A stretch of 64,000 nucleotides of DNA from Ignavibacteriota bacterium (GTDB lineage Bacteria > Bacteroidota > Ignavibacteria > UBA10030). The stretch covers positions 1,312,001 to 1,376,000 of the forward strand of contig OY969585.1 of the NCBI GenBank assembly GCA_963701295.1, read 5' to 3'. The translations under genes were made by a program, and so were the position numbers. The notes under the pieces are model-generated. The model ran no database searches and was not told where the DNA came from. It saw only the letters and a program-made list of their open reading frames with translations. Shown here piece after piece: positions 42,902 through 53,003 of the stretch (position 1 is its first letter; each line of letters begins with the position of its first letter).

Positions 42902-44176
42902 ATGATGAACAAAATATTCGGGAGTTTCGCTACCTGTTTGGTTAGCCTCTTTGTGATTGTGGTCATGTCAGGTTGTAAAGAAGGTCCCACAGGTCCTGCA
43001 GGTAAAGATGCTTTTGTCGGCGCTCTCGAAGGCTATGCCCCTGGCATTCAATGCGCTACATGTCATAGTGCAGATTCTGATACAACATATCGAGTTGTTG
43101 CAAGGGATGTTCAATATGCTACATCAGAGCATGCTGTGGGTGGTGATTTTGCACGCAATACGTATGATTGCGCTGGTTGCCATACGAATGAAGGTTTCTA
43201 CGACCGTTATAATAGGGGTTTTACAAATGAAACATTTAACATCAATGCTCCTTCAGTAGAAATTTGTACCCAGGGTTATCCTAATGCAACACCTCCCGGC
43301 TGCTTTACCTGCCATGCACCTCATCAACGTGCCAATTTCACAGTACGTGATTCCGGTGCAGTAAATATCTTTACGCTTGTTGCTGGACAGACAACACAGA
43401 TATGGAACAGCAGTGCAGCATCCAATTTGTGCGTAAAGTGCCATCAACCGCGAATGACTTCGACATTTATGTGGGCAACTACCTCTTCCAGTGGCATAAC
43501 ACCAGCGTCTTGGCAGCCGGATCCATCAAAAATAAATATAACAGATACGGCAAAAATCTACACATCGCGTTGGAATAACCACGTCTCAGGTGAGCCGGCG
43601 CAAACTTTACTTGGTACCGGTGGATTTGAATTCACGGATTATTCGAATTATCAAAGCTCATATCATACTACTTTAATAAACAACAAAGCGCTGGGTTGCG
43701 AAGATTGTCACATGGCAACTGTGAATGGCGGTAATCAAAACGGCGGGCATACATTCTGGGTGCGTTATCTTGCATCAGGCTCGACAAGCCCATCCTATAA
43801 TGTAAATGGCTGTAATGTATCCGGGTGTCATACAGGCCTTACAGCTTCAGCGTCCGATGCACACTGGGGAGAGCGTGCAACAATTATTGGAGAGACTGCA
43901 CAACTTGCTAAAATGTTGATGGATACATCAATTACAAATAAGTGGTCACAGAAAAGTAAAATTCCTTGGGTGACAGTAACTGCTGGCACGATTGCAGGTG
44001 ATTCCACTTATGGAGTCAATGCAACGGGGAGTAAGCCGCTGATTATTGCTCCAGCTTATAAAGCCGGTGCGATTTGGAATTTGCAACAGGTTCAATATGA
44101 AAAGAGCCATGGTATTCACAATTATAAATATGTTAAGGCTCTGTTGGATAATTCGATTGCAGAGCTTAATAAGTAA
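42902..44176 (+). CDS. Lipoprotein multiheme cytochrome (5 CxxCH plus 1 CX4CH), putative cell-surface reductase
   Basis: VMSGC lipobox, short GPTGPAG linker, CATCH/CAGCH/CFTCH/CVKCH/CEDCH/CNVSGCH, C-terminal EKSHGIHNYKY. Confidence 0.87.
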   Translation: MMNKIFGSFATCLVSLFVIVVMSGCKEGPTGPAGKDAFVGALEGYAPGIQCATCHSADSDTTYRVVARDVQYATSEHAVGGDFARNTYDCAGCHTNEGFYDRYNRGFTNETFNINAPSVEICTQGYPNATPPGCFTCHAPHQRANFTVRDSGAVNIFTLVAGQTTQIWNSSAASNLCVKCHQPRMTSTFMWATTSSSGITPASWQPDPSKINITDTAKIYTSRWNNHVSGEPAQTLLGTGGFEFTDYSNYQSSYHTTLINNKALGCEDCHMATVNGGNQNGGHTFWVRYLASGSTSPSYNVNGCNVSGCHTGLTASASDAHWGERATIIGETAQLAKMLMDTSITNKWSQKSKIPWVTVTAGTIAGDSTYGVNATGSKPLIIAPAYKAGAIWNLQQVQYEKSHGIHNYKYVKALLDNSIAELNK

Positions 44177-44222
44177 GACCAGGTGCTGCAATACCTAAGC
44201 ATTATCATGTATTGTTTCAACA

Positions 44223-44255
44223 TGTGCGGGAGTAAATCTCCCGCACACTTGTTTT
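44223..44255 (+). terminator. Intrinsic terminator or stabilising hairpin after the last cytochrome
   Basis: TGTGCGGGAG-TAAAT-CTCCCGCACA then CTTGTTTT. Confidence 0.65.
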
Positions 44256-44356
44256 CAATTAAATCCCTTCTAAGTGAAACCTTCATATTCAGTTCTGTGT
44301 TGTATTTCGCAGAGTGATTGTTTATTATCTTAATCATCGAATAAAAGGAATATGCC

Positions 44357-46604
44357 ATGATCGGTACTGTTGTCATCTGGATTGCTTGTCTTGCTGGTTT
44401 TACTTCGGCTGTGCTGTATGCATCGTCTATAAAAAAACCAAAAAATCTTCTCAAAGCCCGCAGCGGTTTTATCCTGACGGTTATCAGTGTCATTTTAGGT
44501 TCTGCGCTTCTTATGATTTATATACTCCAGCACCGGTTTGAATATAGCTATGTCACAAATTATAGTTCTCGCGATTTACCAACTGCGTTGCTGATCACAA
44601 CCTTCTGGGCAGGGCAGGAAGGGAGTTTTTTATTGTGGGCATTATTTGCTGTAATCATCGGTATTATTCTTCAGCGATACAGCCGACACAAAGGAATGGA
44701 AGCGGAAGTGATGTCCGCATACTCTCTGGTGATTGCTTTCCTTATTCTGTTGATCTCTATAAAATCTCCATTTCAATATCTTTGGGAAGATCATCCGAGC
44801 GAAGTTCAACCAGGGTTCATTCCTCAAGATGGACGTGGTCTCAATCCGCTTTTACAGAATTTTTGGATGATAATTCATCCGCCGGTACTCTTCATTGGAT
44901 TTGCATCATTGGCAGTTCCGTTTGTCCTCGCTATGGCAGCTCTTTGGCAGAAAAAGTACAATGAATGGATTCGTTCAGCACTTCCGTGGGTGCTTTTTAG
45001 CGGATTGTCACTTGGTTCTGGACTTATATTTGGAGGCTATTGGGCATATGGTGTGCTTGGCTGGGGCGGATGGTGGGGCTGGGATCCGGTAGAAAACTCA
45101 TCGCTCATTCCATGGATCGTTGCCGTTATCCTTGTTCATACGATGCTTATTCAGATGTTAACCGGCAAACTTGTACGAACAAATTTTATTCTTACAGTGT
45201 TAGCGTATCTGTTGATTATCTACAGCACGTTTCTGACACGCAGTGGAGTTCTCGCGAATGCTTCTGTGCATTCGTTTGTAGACCCTGGTTCGCTTGTTTA
45301 TACATTCCTGGTTGTATGGCTGGCGCTCATTGCCATTGGTGGCTTTGGAATGATTATTCTGCGGCGAAAGGATCTGATGAGTAAAAAACCAGCCAGCGCT
45401 TTGATGACACGTGAGTCCCTCCTGTCCATTGCCACGATTGTGCTGGGTGTTTGCGCGGCGATTATTCTGTTTGGAACAAGCAAACCTTTGTTTTCCGATT
45501 CGGTCGTTGAACCTGCTTTCTATGACCGCACGACTCTTCCTCTTGCGACGTTGATGACATTGTTACTGGGATTCAGCCTGCGGGTTAAATGGAATCAGGA
45601 GGATCGACAACTACTTTTCAAGCGCCTTATAATTCCAGGTACTTTCTCTGTTCTTGTTCTTGCTGTTCTTGTCTTTTTAGGCCTGCATGATGTGTTTGCA
45701 GTACCTGCTTGTTTTGACATCACTCTTCGCTTTTTTTGTTAGTGTCGATCAAGGATTTCGTTTGGCAAAGGAACGACTGCTTTTTATCGGCGGGGCGCTT
45801 GCTCATACAGGATTAGCCGTATTGTTCATTGGCATTATAGCTTCTGGGCGTTATGGACAGAAACAATCCGTTGCGCTTCCACTCAATCAGTCTCAATGGG
45901 TTTTCGGGTACAAGTTGACCTATAACGGCACTCAACCGACAGAAGATGGTAAAACAAAATTTATTGTCCATGTGGATCAAGAGGGAAAGCGTAAAACGTT
46001 TGAACCGGTTATGTTTGAGAGTATTTACAATAATAGCCTCATGCGTAATCCAGACTATAGCAGTTACTGGACAAAGGATTTTTACATCGAACCGGTTTCT
46101 CTTGAACAGAATAACACAGAACAACAAAACATTATCGATTTACTAAAAGGAGAAACTATTCCTTACGGTCCCATGACGATCACATTCCATAAATTTGATC
46201 TTTCATCACATGACAAAGGCAAAATGTCGGGAGGCAGCGATGGTGCTATGACTATCGGTGTTGTGCTTGAAGTGAAAACAGAAAAAGACATTCAGACCGT
46301 TGTACCAGTAACAACGTATACTTCGAAAGGCGCAATGGAAATGAAAACTGCCTATTTACAGAATAGTCATATTGGATTCCAACTAGTATCGATGAATATA
46401 GGGACAGGCAAAGGAGAAAGATCCCATGTGCGCATCAATGTCGTGGGAGCGGGGGAAAATCATGGAATGAATCAGAAGCCTGAAACACTCATCGCTGAAG
46501 TGAGTGTGAAACCGTTTATGAATTTTGTATGGATTGCTGCTGTGTTGATTATAAGCGGTTTGACAGTAGCGATGGTGAGACGATTGAAGCCGAATAACAT
46601 CTGA
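44357..46604 (+). pseudogene. ccmF: CcmF/NrfE-family cytochrome c heme lyase, split by a +1 frameshift near 45704 (likely a sequencing error)
   Basis: WAGQEGSFLLW, GLNPLLQN, IHPP, WGGWWGWDPVEN, TRSG, SVHSF; removing one C joins ...LHDVFAV-LLVLTSLF... to the C-terminal ORF (AHTG, VSVKPFMNFVW). Confidence 0.88.
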
Positions 46605-46666
46605 AGTAATCCTAAAGGGTTTTTCCCACGTACAGCATACCAGATTGTTTCCCTCCCACCAAACAC

Positions 46667-46692
46667 AACGGGCGGCACAAATGCCGCCCGTT
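46667..46692. terminator. Hairpin between convergent ccmF and the hem operon tail
   Basis: AACGGGCGGCA-CAAA-TGCCGCCCGTT perfect 11-bp stem. Confidence 0.7.
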
Positions 46693-46737
46693 CAACTTCA
46701 CACGTAACTATGGCTGTTGAATAAATACTATCACACT

Positions 46738-47454
46738 TTATTCTTCTGATTGAAGAATATTCTCTTTGAGATAGATGAATTTATTTGCTTGGTTCATCAC
46801 GAGCATATCTTTCGGAACAATTTTTAGCAGTCCACGATTCTGAAAATTATCTAACATCAAATTCAAAATAAAGTGTACTTTAAAGTACAAACCTGATTCA
46901 GTACTCTTTGCCTTCATTGCCTCGTTTCGAACGACAGTCCATTTGAAATCGGGATCGAATTTCAAATAAATACGAGATTGTCGATAACCACCCTGAATAC
47001 TATCCGATAGACCAACATAAGGATTTTTCGGAATGACGCAACCAGTTGTTGGAATTTCGTATGGCGCTTCAACTCGTGTTGGGGATTTCACAGAATACAC
47101 TCCTGCATCAGCATCGTACTGGATGAGTGTTGCCTTGAACCACACACCAAATACTCTTCGTTCCAGCTTGGCATCCTTGATATGTCCGTTCAGTTTATCC
47201 ATAAATGTCTGCCGTGCTTTCGCCGCGCGCGTATGGAATTCCGCTGTTGTCTCGAACTCATCACGAGTTCCAGTCTCCTTGATAAGCTGGTCAGTTGTCT
47301 CTCTTAAATAAGTCCACTCATCTTTCAGAATCAGAGAAAACAACTCAGGTGTAAGATCATCGTCTTGAAATGCCGGTTGTTGTGCTTCTGCCAGCTGCAC
47401 AGTGGCTGTGAGTAAAACCAAAAGAGAAAATATGACGGTGATATTCTTCTTCAT
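46738..47454 (-). CDS. Hypothetical exported protein
   Basis: AAGGA RBS; MKKNITVIFSLLVLLTATVQLAEA signal; DEFETTAEF..R and YDAD motifs. Confidence 0.75.
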   Translation of the reverse strand: MKKNITVIFSLLVLLTATVQLAEAQQPAFQDDDLTPELFSLILKDEWTYLRETTDQLIKETGTRDEFETTAEFHTRAAKARQTFMDKLNGHIKDAKLERRVFGVWFKATLIQYDADAGVYSVKSPTRVEAPYEIPTTGCVIPKNPYVGLSDSIQGGYRQSRIYLKFDPDFKWTVVRNEAMKAKSTESGLYFKVHFILNLMLDNFQNRGLLKIVPKDMLVMNQANKFIYLKENILQSEE

Positions 47455-47488
47455 ACTACATCCTTTCAAAAAGTACATTGAACATGAT

Positions 47489-48910
47489 CTATCGTATCGA
47501 TATAATATTCGCAGAGAGTGTTTTTGCAATCCCATGCGCATTTTGTACACAGTCCCCTACCGATATGCCACCGCGATAATTTCCGGCAAGCACAATGCCC
47601 GGATGGGATTCTTCAAATTGTGTTAGTGCATCTATTTTGTGCTGGTAACCGATTTCATACTGTGGAATCGATTTCTGCCAGCGTGTCAAATGTAAATATA
47701 CAGGATTTCCGGAAAGTTGCATGATAGATTTAAGTTCATCCAGCGTTATTTGAATGATGCGTTCATCGTTCAGGGTTGTCAATTCAGGCTGCCGTGCGCC
47801 GCCGATAAAGGCATTCAACGCAGCCATTCCTGCCGGTGCACGATGAGCAAAAAGGCAGGAATTCCATAAACAGCCGAGAATCTTCCTTTTCTCCTTCGAT
47901 GGAATCAGGAATCCAAAACCATCTAACCGATGTTCTATCTGTTCGCGCTTCACCCCTAAAAAAATAGAAACGATGGGTGAATAGTAAATGGAAGATAACA
48001 CGTGTGCTGTATTCACAGACAGCGATTTAATGAGTGGGGAAGCGTCGTATGCGGGGATGGCGAACACGACACTATCCGCTTCCATTTCTGTTTCTTGATC
48101 ATTATGAAGATATTCAACAAGATAGCGGCGTGCATCGGGTTCGTTCGATGGCTCGTTGCGCGCGGTGGTTAAATTTCTGATGTTGGTGACTTTTGCATTA
48201 AGAATAACCGAATTGCCAAGTGAAGTGGCAATGGCACACGGAAGCATTTGCATTCCGCTAACAAATGAAAAGGTCTCTGCGCGGTCTTTTGCTTTCTCGG
48301 CTCTCTGTTTTCTTTCCCGTGCACCTTTAATCATTCCTTTGACAAGTCCGCCGTACTTTTCTTCCAAGGCGTAGAGTTTGGGAAAAGCGGAACGCACACT
48401 GAGTTGTTCCGGCTTTCCAGCAAAAACTCCGGCAACAAATGGATCGATAGCATAGTCAAGGAAATCCCTGCCCAATCGTCGCTCCACGAATTCAGCAATG
48501 CTTTCTTCTTTTGTTGCTTTTCCGATGAACGGGTCTTTCATCACTCGGAATTTTGCAGCGGGAGAAAAGAGTTTTGTCGAAAGGAACGAACTAGGTCCAA
48601 GTGGCATGGAATGTAAAATACTATCCCGGAGAATGTACCGATTCTTGCCTTCAGGGTTTGCATATACAAATTCCGATTCTAATTTCAAGTCGGAGACAAG
48701 TTCCTTAATGAACGGAGTCGTTTCCAAACCGGTGTTTGCGCCTGTCTCGTACAAGAAGCCATGATCCTGTACGGATTTCATCGTTCCACCGACTTCGCGT
48801 TCTTTCGCCAGGACGGTTACCTTGATGCCGCGTTTTTTCAACCAATACGCAACGCAAAGTCCCGTGATACCTTCGCCGATAACGATGACATCTGTTTTCG
48901 TTGGTCCCAT
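47489..48910 (-). CDS. hemG: Protoporphyrinogen oxidase, HemY-type flavoprotein
   Basis: VIGEGITGL dinucleotide fold, GVFAG.PEQLS, GFGFLIP, IPQY, GNYRGGISVGDC; in the hem operon. Confidence 0.92.
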   Translation of the reverse strand: MGPTKTDVIVIGEGITGLCVAYWLKKRGIKVTVLAKEREVGGTMKSVQDHGFLYETGANTGLETTPFIKELVSDLKLESEFVYANPEGKNRYILRDSILHSMPLGPSSFLSTKLFSPAAKFRVMKDPFIGKATKEESIAEFVERRLGRDFLDYAIDPFVAGVFAGKPEQLSVRSAFPKLYALEEKYGGLVKGMIKGARERKQRAEKAKDRAETFSFVSGMQMLPCAIATSLGNSVILNAKVTNIRNLTTARNEPSNEPDARRYLVEYLHNDQETEMEADSVVFAIPAYDASPLIKSLSVNTAHVLSSIYYSPIVSIFLGVKREQIEHRLDGFGFLIPSKEKRKILGCLWNSCLFAHRAPAGMAALNAFIGGARQPELTTLNDERIIQITLDELKSIMQLSGNPVYLHLTRWQKSIPQYEIGYQHKIDALTQFEESHPGIVLAGNYRGGISVGDCVQNAHGIAKTLSANIISIR

Positions 48911-48986
48911 AGGTGTCTAAGTATAGAGTAAAAGGTGATAAGTAAAAAGTATAACAAACATGTATTTGAGATTTTGTTCTTAGAAT

Positions 48987-50093
48987 TTAAGATTTATTCT
49001 TTGCGATTTGAAATTTGCTCCAAGGACAGAGAACAGGCATTGATCGATCTGTACAATTCTTCCAGAGTACCTCGCACGTTCTGGGCTGTACGTCTGATGC
49101 AAGTTGTGCTTGAACGAGTTCAGCTAGACATTGGATATATTTTAGATGATCATTCAATGCAGGCATCACTTCGAATTGTTCAATGCCATATGCCATCGCG
49201 TGCCCGCGCACGTCGATATTGATTTCGTGCAGCGTCTCAATATGATCGGTGACGAATGAAACCGGGATAACCAATAGATGTTTACGGTCTTTACTGGCAA
49301 TGTGTTCGATTGTTTCAATGAGTGATGGTTTCAGCCATTTCATTGATCCGACCTTACTTTGATAACAAAGTGAATGTGGAGAGTTCCACTTTCCACGCTC
49401 TACGATACATCGCACTGTCTCTTCCACCTGCATTTGGTACGGATCGCCGCGTTTGATGTAGCTTAGCGGGACACCATGCGCGCTAAAAATAAGATCGATG
49501 TCTGTCGATGCGATGTTATGAAACCGTATGAGTGCTGAGTTTATATTTTCTACTACAGCTTCGACAAACAATGGTTGACTGGGATAACAACAGACAAGTT
49601 TTGTCGGGATGACGCATCCTTGTTTCTTCGTTTGACGTTTCCATTCGTTCATGCTTGAAAGCGTTGTTGATTGCGAGAATTGAGGATAGAGCGGCAATAG
49701 GATTACTTGCTCAAATTCATCTGCTTTAATTTTTTTTACTACTTCATCAATCAGCGGATGCCAATAGCGCATTGCAATGAAGACGCGTGCATTAATATTT
49801 CGAGATCGCAACCTGGACTCTAAAGCAGAAGCTTGACGTTGTGTGAGATCGAGAATTGGAGACTTACCTCCTATTTGCTTGTAATTCTCTACAACCTTCA
49901 CTGATCGACGACTTGAAATAAATTTTGCCAGAGGTCTCCGTGTAAGAAATGCACAGGGGAAATCGATGATGTCAGGATCTATAAAGAGATTGAAGAGAAA
50001 TGGTTCAATCGCTTCAAGTGAATCCGGTCCGCCAAGCTGAAAGAGGACAACAGCCGTTTTTTTTTGAAAAGTAAATTTCAAGTTACCAGTCAT
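48987..50093 (-). CDS. hemH: Ferrochelatase
   Basis: QLGGP, IGGKSP, AMRYWHP, PLYPQFS, FSAHG, GDPY, FVTDHIETLHEI. Confidence 0.95.
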   Translation of the reverse strand: MTGNLKFTFQKKTAVVLFQLGGPDSLEAIEPFLFNLFIDPDIIDFPCAFLTRRPLAKFISSRRSVKVVENYKQIGGKSPILDLTQRQASALESRLRSRNINARVFIAMRYWHPLIDEVVKKIKADEFEQVILLPLYPQFSQSTTLSSMNEWKRQTKKQGCVIPTKLVCCYPSQPLFVEAVVENINSALIRFHNIASTDIDLIFSAHGVPLSYIKRGDPYQMQVEETVRCIVERGKWNSPHSLCYQSKVGSMKWLKPSLIETIEHIASKDRKHLLVIPVSFVTDHIETLHEINIDVRGHAMAYGIEQFEVMPALNDHLKYIQCLAELVQAQLASDVQPRTCEVLWKNCTDRSMPVLCPWSKFQIAKNKS

Positions 50094-50146
50094 GAGTTCT
50101 TCGATTTCGGTTTCAGTCTATCATCTCTGCAATCTCACATCTCCAA

Positions 50147-51190
50147 TTATGTATGATATTTTACACTTTCTTCCTTCACTGCTTGCACAAATGCTTTCGC
50201 ATGTTCAACAGGAATATCCGGTAAAATACCATGCCCCAGGTTGAAAATATGACCTGAGCCTTTGCCAAATTTTTCTAATATTTTCTTCACGCCTTCGCGT
50301 ATACGTTCCGGAGGTGCATAAAGTATGGTCGGATCGAGATTGCCTTGCAGTGCCGCATAACTGCCAACCATCATTCTTGCTTTGCCGATGTCGATGGACC
50401 AATCTAAGCCGACGACATCGCATCCAATATCGGCGATCGCTTCAAGAGAATGAGCACAATCCTTGCAAAAGACAATTGTAGGAGCACCATTGCGCTTGAG
50501 CAGTTTTAGCACCTGATCAATATAACGAAGTGAGAACTCACGGAACTCATCTGGAGGTAGTATGCCGCCCCACGTATCGAAGATTTGCACGGCTTGAGCT
50601 CCGGCTTCAATCTTTGCACTCAGATAAGCAGCAACTGAACGTGCAAGTTTATCGAGCAGCACATGTGCGTCTTTAGGATGAGAATAAATAAGTTCTTTCA
50701 TCGCACGGAAATTCTTCGATCCTTTTCCTTCTACCATATATGTTGCGAGCGTCCACGGTGAGCCGGCAAAACCAATAAGCGGAACACGGTTGTTTAGACT
50801 TTTACGCGTTAAGCGAAGCGCGTCCATTACATACTTGAGTTTGTGATTCGGATCCGGCACAATAAGTTTATCAATGTCGGCACGTGAACGTATTGGATTG
50901 TCAAAGCGCGGTCCGCCAGTACCTTCTTCTACAAATAATTTCATACCCATTGCTTCCGGTAGAACGAGAATATCGGAGAAAATGATGCATGCATCTACAT
51001 CGATGATATCGATAGGCTGGATGGATACTTCTGACGCAAGTTCCGGTGTCTTGCAGAGTGTAAGAAAATCCACTTTTGCACGGATAGCGCGGTATTCCGG
51101 CAAATAACGTCCAGCTTGACGCATCATCCATACGGGTGTGCGTTCGGTAGGTTCTCTTTTGCAGGCACGTAGGAACAAGTCATTGATCAT
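50147..51190 (-). CDS. hemE: Uroporphyrinogen decarboxylase
   Basis: PVWMMRQAGRYLPEY, FSDIL, QIFDTW, QGNLDP, FNLGHG. Confidence 0.97.
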   Translation of the reverse strand: MINDLFLRACKREPTERTPVWMMRQAGRYLPEYRAIRAKVDFLTLCKTPELASEVSIQPIDIIDVDACIIFSDILVLPEAMGMKLFVEEGTGGPRFDNPIRSRADIDKLIVPDPNHKLKYVMDALRLTRKSLNNRVPLIGFAGSPWTLATYMVEGKGSKNFRAMKELIYSHPKDAHVLLDKLARSVAAYLSAKIEAGAQAVQIFDTWGGILPPDEFREFSLRYIDQVLKLLKRNGAPTIVFCKDCAHSLEAIADIGCDVVGLDWSIDIGKARMMVGSYAALQGNLDPTILYAPPERIREGVKKILEKFGKGSGHIFNLGHGILPDIPVEHAKAFVQAVKEESVKYHT

Positions 51191-51288
51191 CTTTGTAGAT
51201 CCTCTTTCGGTTTTAAAATTACAAATTGGAGGCTGAAGTAATCTTAATCCTTAATCCTAAATTTTAACTTACCAATTCTATTTTTAAT

Positions 51289-52062
51289 TTATTGAACATA
51301 GTTTTCTAGTGCTTCAACCAACCCTTCGGCTGTAGCTTGCTGAGCGAGAATGGCTACGGTCAATCCGAGCTGTTGTGCGGTTTCTGCCGTTGTCGGACCG
51401 ATTGCAGCTATTGCTGCATGTGCCAGAACTTCTGAGCCAATCATTTCTGTAAAGTTGAGAATACTTGAGGGACTAAAAAAGGTTGCAACATCAATTTTGT
51501 TTTCCAGGAACATTTGGCGAATTCGTTCAAGGTTATCTGGGTCCGGAATAATAGTTTGATACACAATAATTTCATCCACTTCCGCACCCATGGAACGGAG
51601 ATGCTTTGGCAATTCTTCTCTCGCGATACTGCTTTTCGGAAACAGAATCTTTGCACCCTTGATCTGGTGTGCCTGTAGCATTGCCGTGAGTTCTTCTGCC
51701 GATGCATGTTTCGGTGTTGCAAGAACCGAAAAACCGCAAGATTCAAGAGACGTTTTCGTCTTTTCTCCGACAGCAAAGATGTTACGTGTTGCAAGTGTAT
51801 CGACAGCTTGTGGACGTATGGAACGAATACGATCTATAAATTTTGTCACCGCATTCTTACTAGTAAAACAAACACTCGAATATTCTGCTAACTTCCAGAT
51901 AGCTTTATCGCATACATCCCAAGACTCAGGATTTTTAATTTCAATGGTCGGGAAACAGATCACAGATACTTTCTGGGATTCTAGTAGTGAGCGAAGCTCA
52001 GCGCTTGAATCCTTTGATCGTGTTACGAGTATGGTTTTACCTGAAAGTATCAAAATGGTCAA
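51289..52062 (-). CDS. hemD: Uroporphyrinogen-III synthase
   Basis: ILVTR, FTSKNAV, AVGEKT, VYQT, FFSPS, AIGPTTA. Confidence 0.92.
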   Translation of the reverse strand: MTILILSGKTILVTRSKDSSAELRSLLESQKVSVICFPTIEIKNPESWDVCDKAIWKLAEYSSVCFTSKNAVTKFIDRIRSIRPQAVDTLATRNIFAVGEKTKTSLESCGFSVLATPKHASAEELTAMLQAHQIKGAKILFPKSSIAREELPKHLRSMGAEVDEIIVYQTIIPDPDNLERIRQMFLENKIDVATFFSPSSILNFTEMIGSEVLAHAAIAAIGPTTAETAQQLGLTVAILAQQATAEGLVEALENYVQ

Positions 52063-53003
52063 GAAGAAGTTGTATGTCTGATTTCGTTTAAAATTTCTTT
52101 GCTGCCTTGTTTTAGTAATTTTTCTGCAAGCTCAATTCCTATTCGTTCCGCATCCGCGTGACTTCCACTCAGGCTTCCTTTCACAATGCGTTTCCCATCC
52201 AGGCTTCCGATCACTGCATCGAGCCGAAATTCGTTCCCTTGTACCTGTCCGTATGCACCAATAGGAATTTGACAACCGCCTTCGAGATGACGAAGAAGAG
52301 ATCGCTCGGCAGCCACAGTGAGAGCAGTCGGAACGTGATGAAAAGTGCGAAGGAGCTCTTCAATGCGCTTATCACCATTCCTTATTTCAACAGCCAGAGC
52401 TCCTTGACCGACAGCAGGGAGCATGATTTCATAAGGCAGGATTTCAGTGATTCGCTGTGCCCAGCCCAACCGCGTCACACCAGCTTTGGCGAGAATCATT
52501 CCATCCCAATTTGATTCATCAAGTTTTTTTATTCGCGTGTTGAGATTTCCGCGAATGTCGACAATCTGTATGTCTTGCCGCGCGTTGAGTACCTGACATT
52601 TACGTCGCAGACTTCCGGTCGCGATAACAGCATGACGTGGAAGAGTCGTGAATAATTGGTTCGGGCTCTTCGGATGACCAATAAAGATATCGTGTACGTC
52701 TTCACGTTCCAAAACAGCGGCAATCGCAAGACCTTTAGGAATAGCAATCGGAACATCCTTGAAACTGTGAACAGCGAGATCTATGCGTTCGTCTAACAAT
52801 GCCACTTCAAGTTCTTTTGTGAAAAGCCCTTTATCTCCGATCTTTGCAAGCGGCGTGTCGATAATCTTATCGCCTGTGGTTTTGATTATCTGCACATCGA
52901 TGACGATGCCGGGAAAGCGTCCTTCTAAGAGTGCTTTCACGTGACGTGTTTGCCAAAGTGCCAGCTCACTGCTGCGCGTGCCAATGCGAACATTAATCGG
53001 CAT
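52059..53003 (-). CDS. hemC: Hydroxymethylbilane synthase
   Basis: IGTRSSELALWQ, KGLFTKE, AVHSFKD, SLRR, IRGN, EGGCQIP. Confidence 0.97.
   Translation of the reverse strand: MPINVRIGTRSSELALWQTRHVKALLEGRFPGIVIDVQIIKTTGDKIIDTPLAKIGDKGLFTKELEVALLDERIDLAVHSFKDVPIAIPKGLAIAAVLEREDVHDIFIGHPKSPNQLFTTLPRHAVIATGSLRRKCQVLNARQDIQIVDIRGNLNTRIKKLDESNWDGMILAKAGVTRLGWAQRITEILPYEIMLPAVGQGALAVEIRNGDKRIEELLRTFHHVPTALTVAAERSLLRHLEGGCQIPIGAYGQVQGNEFRLDAVIGSLDGKRIVKGSLSGSHADAERIGIELAEKLLKQGSKEILNEIRHTTSS

Noticed and set aside
42902-44176. Nitrite reductase NrfA
   Set aside because: No CxxCK active-site motif and different heme spacing; only the tail resembles NrfA.
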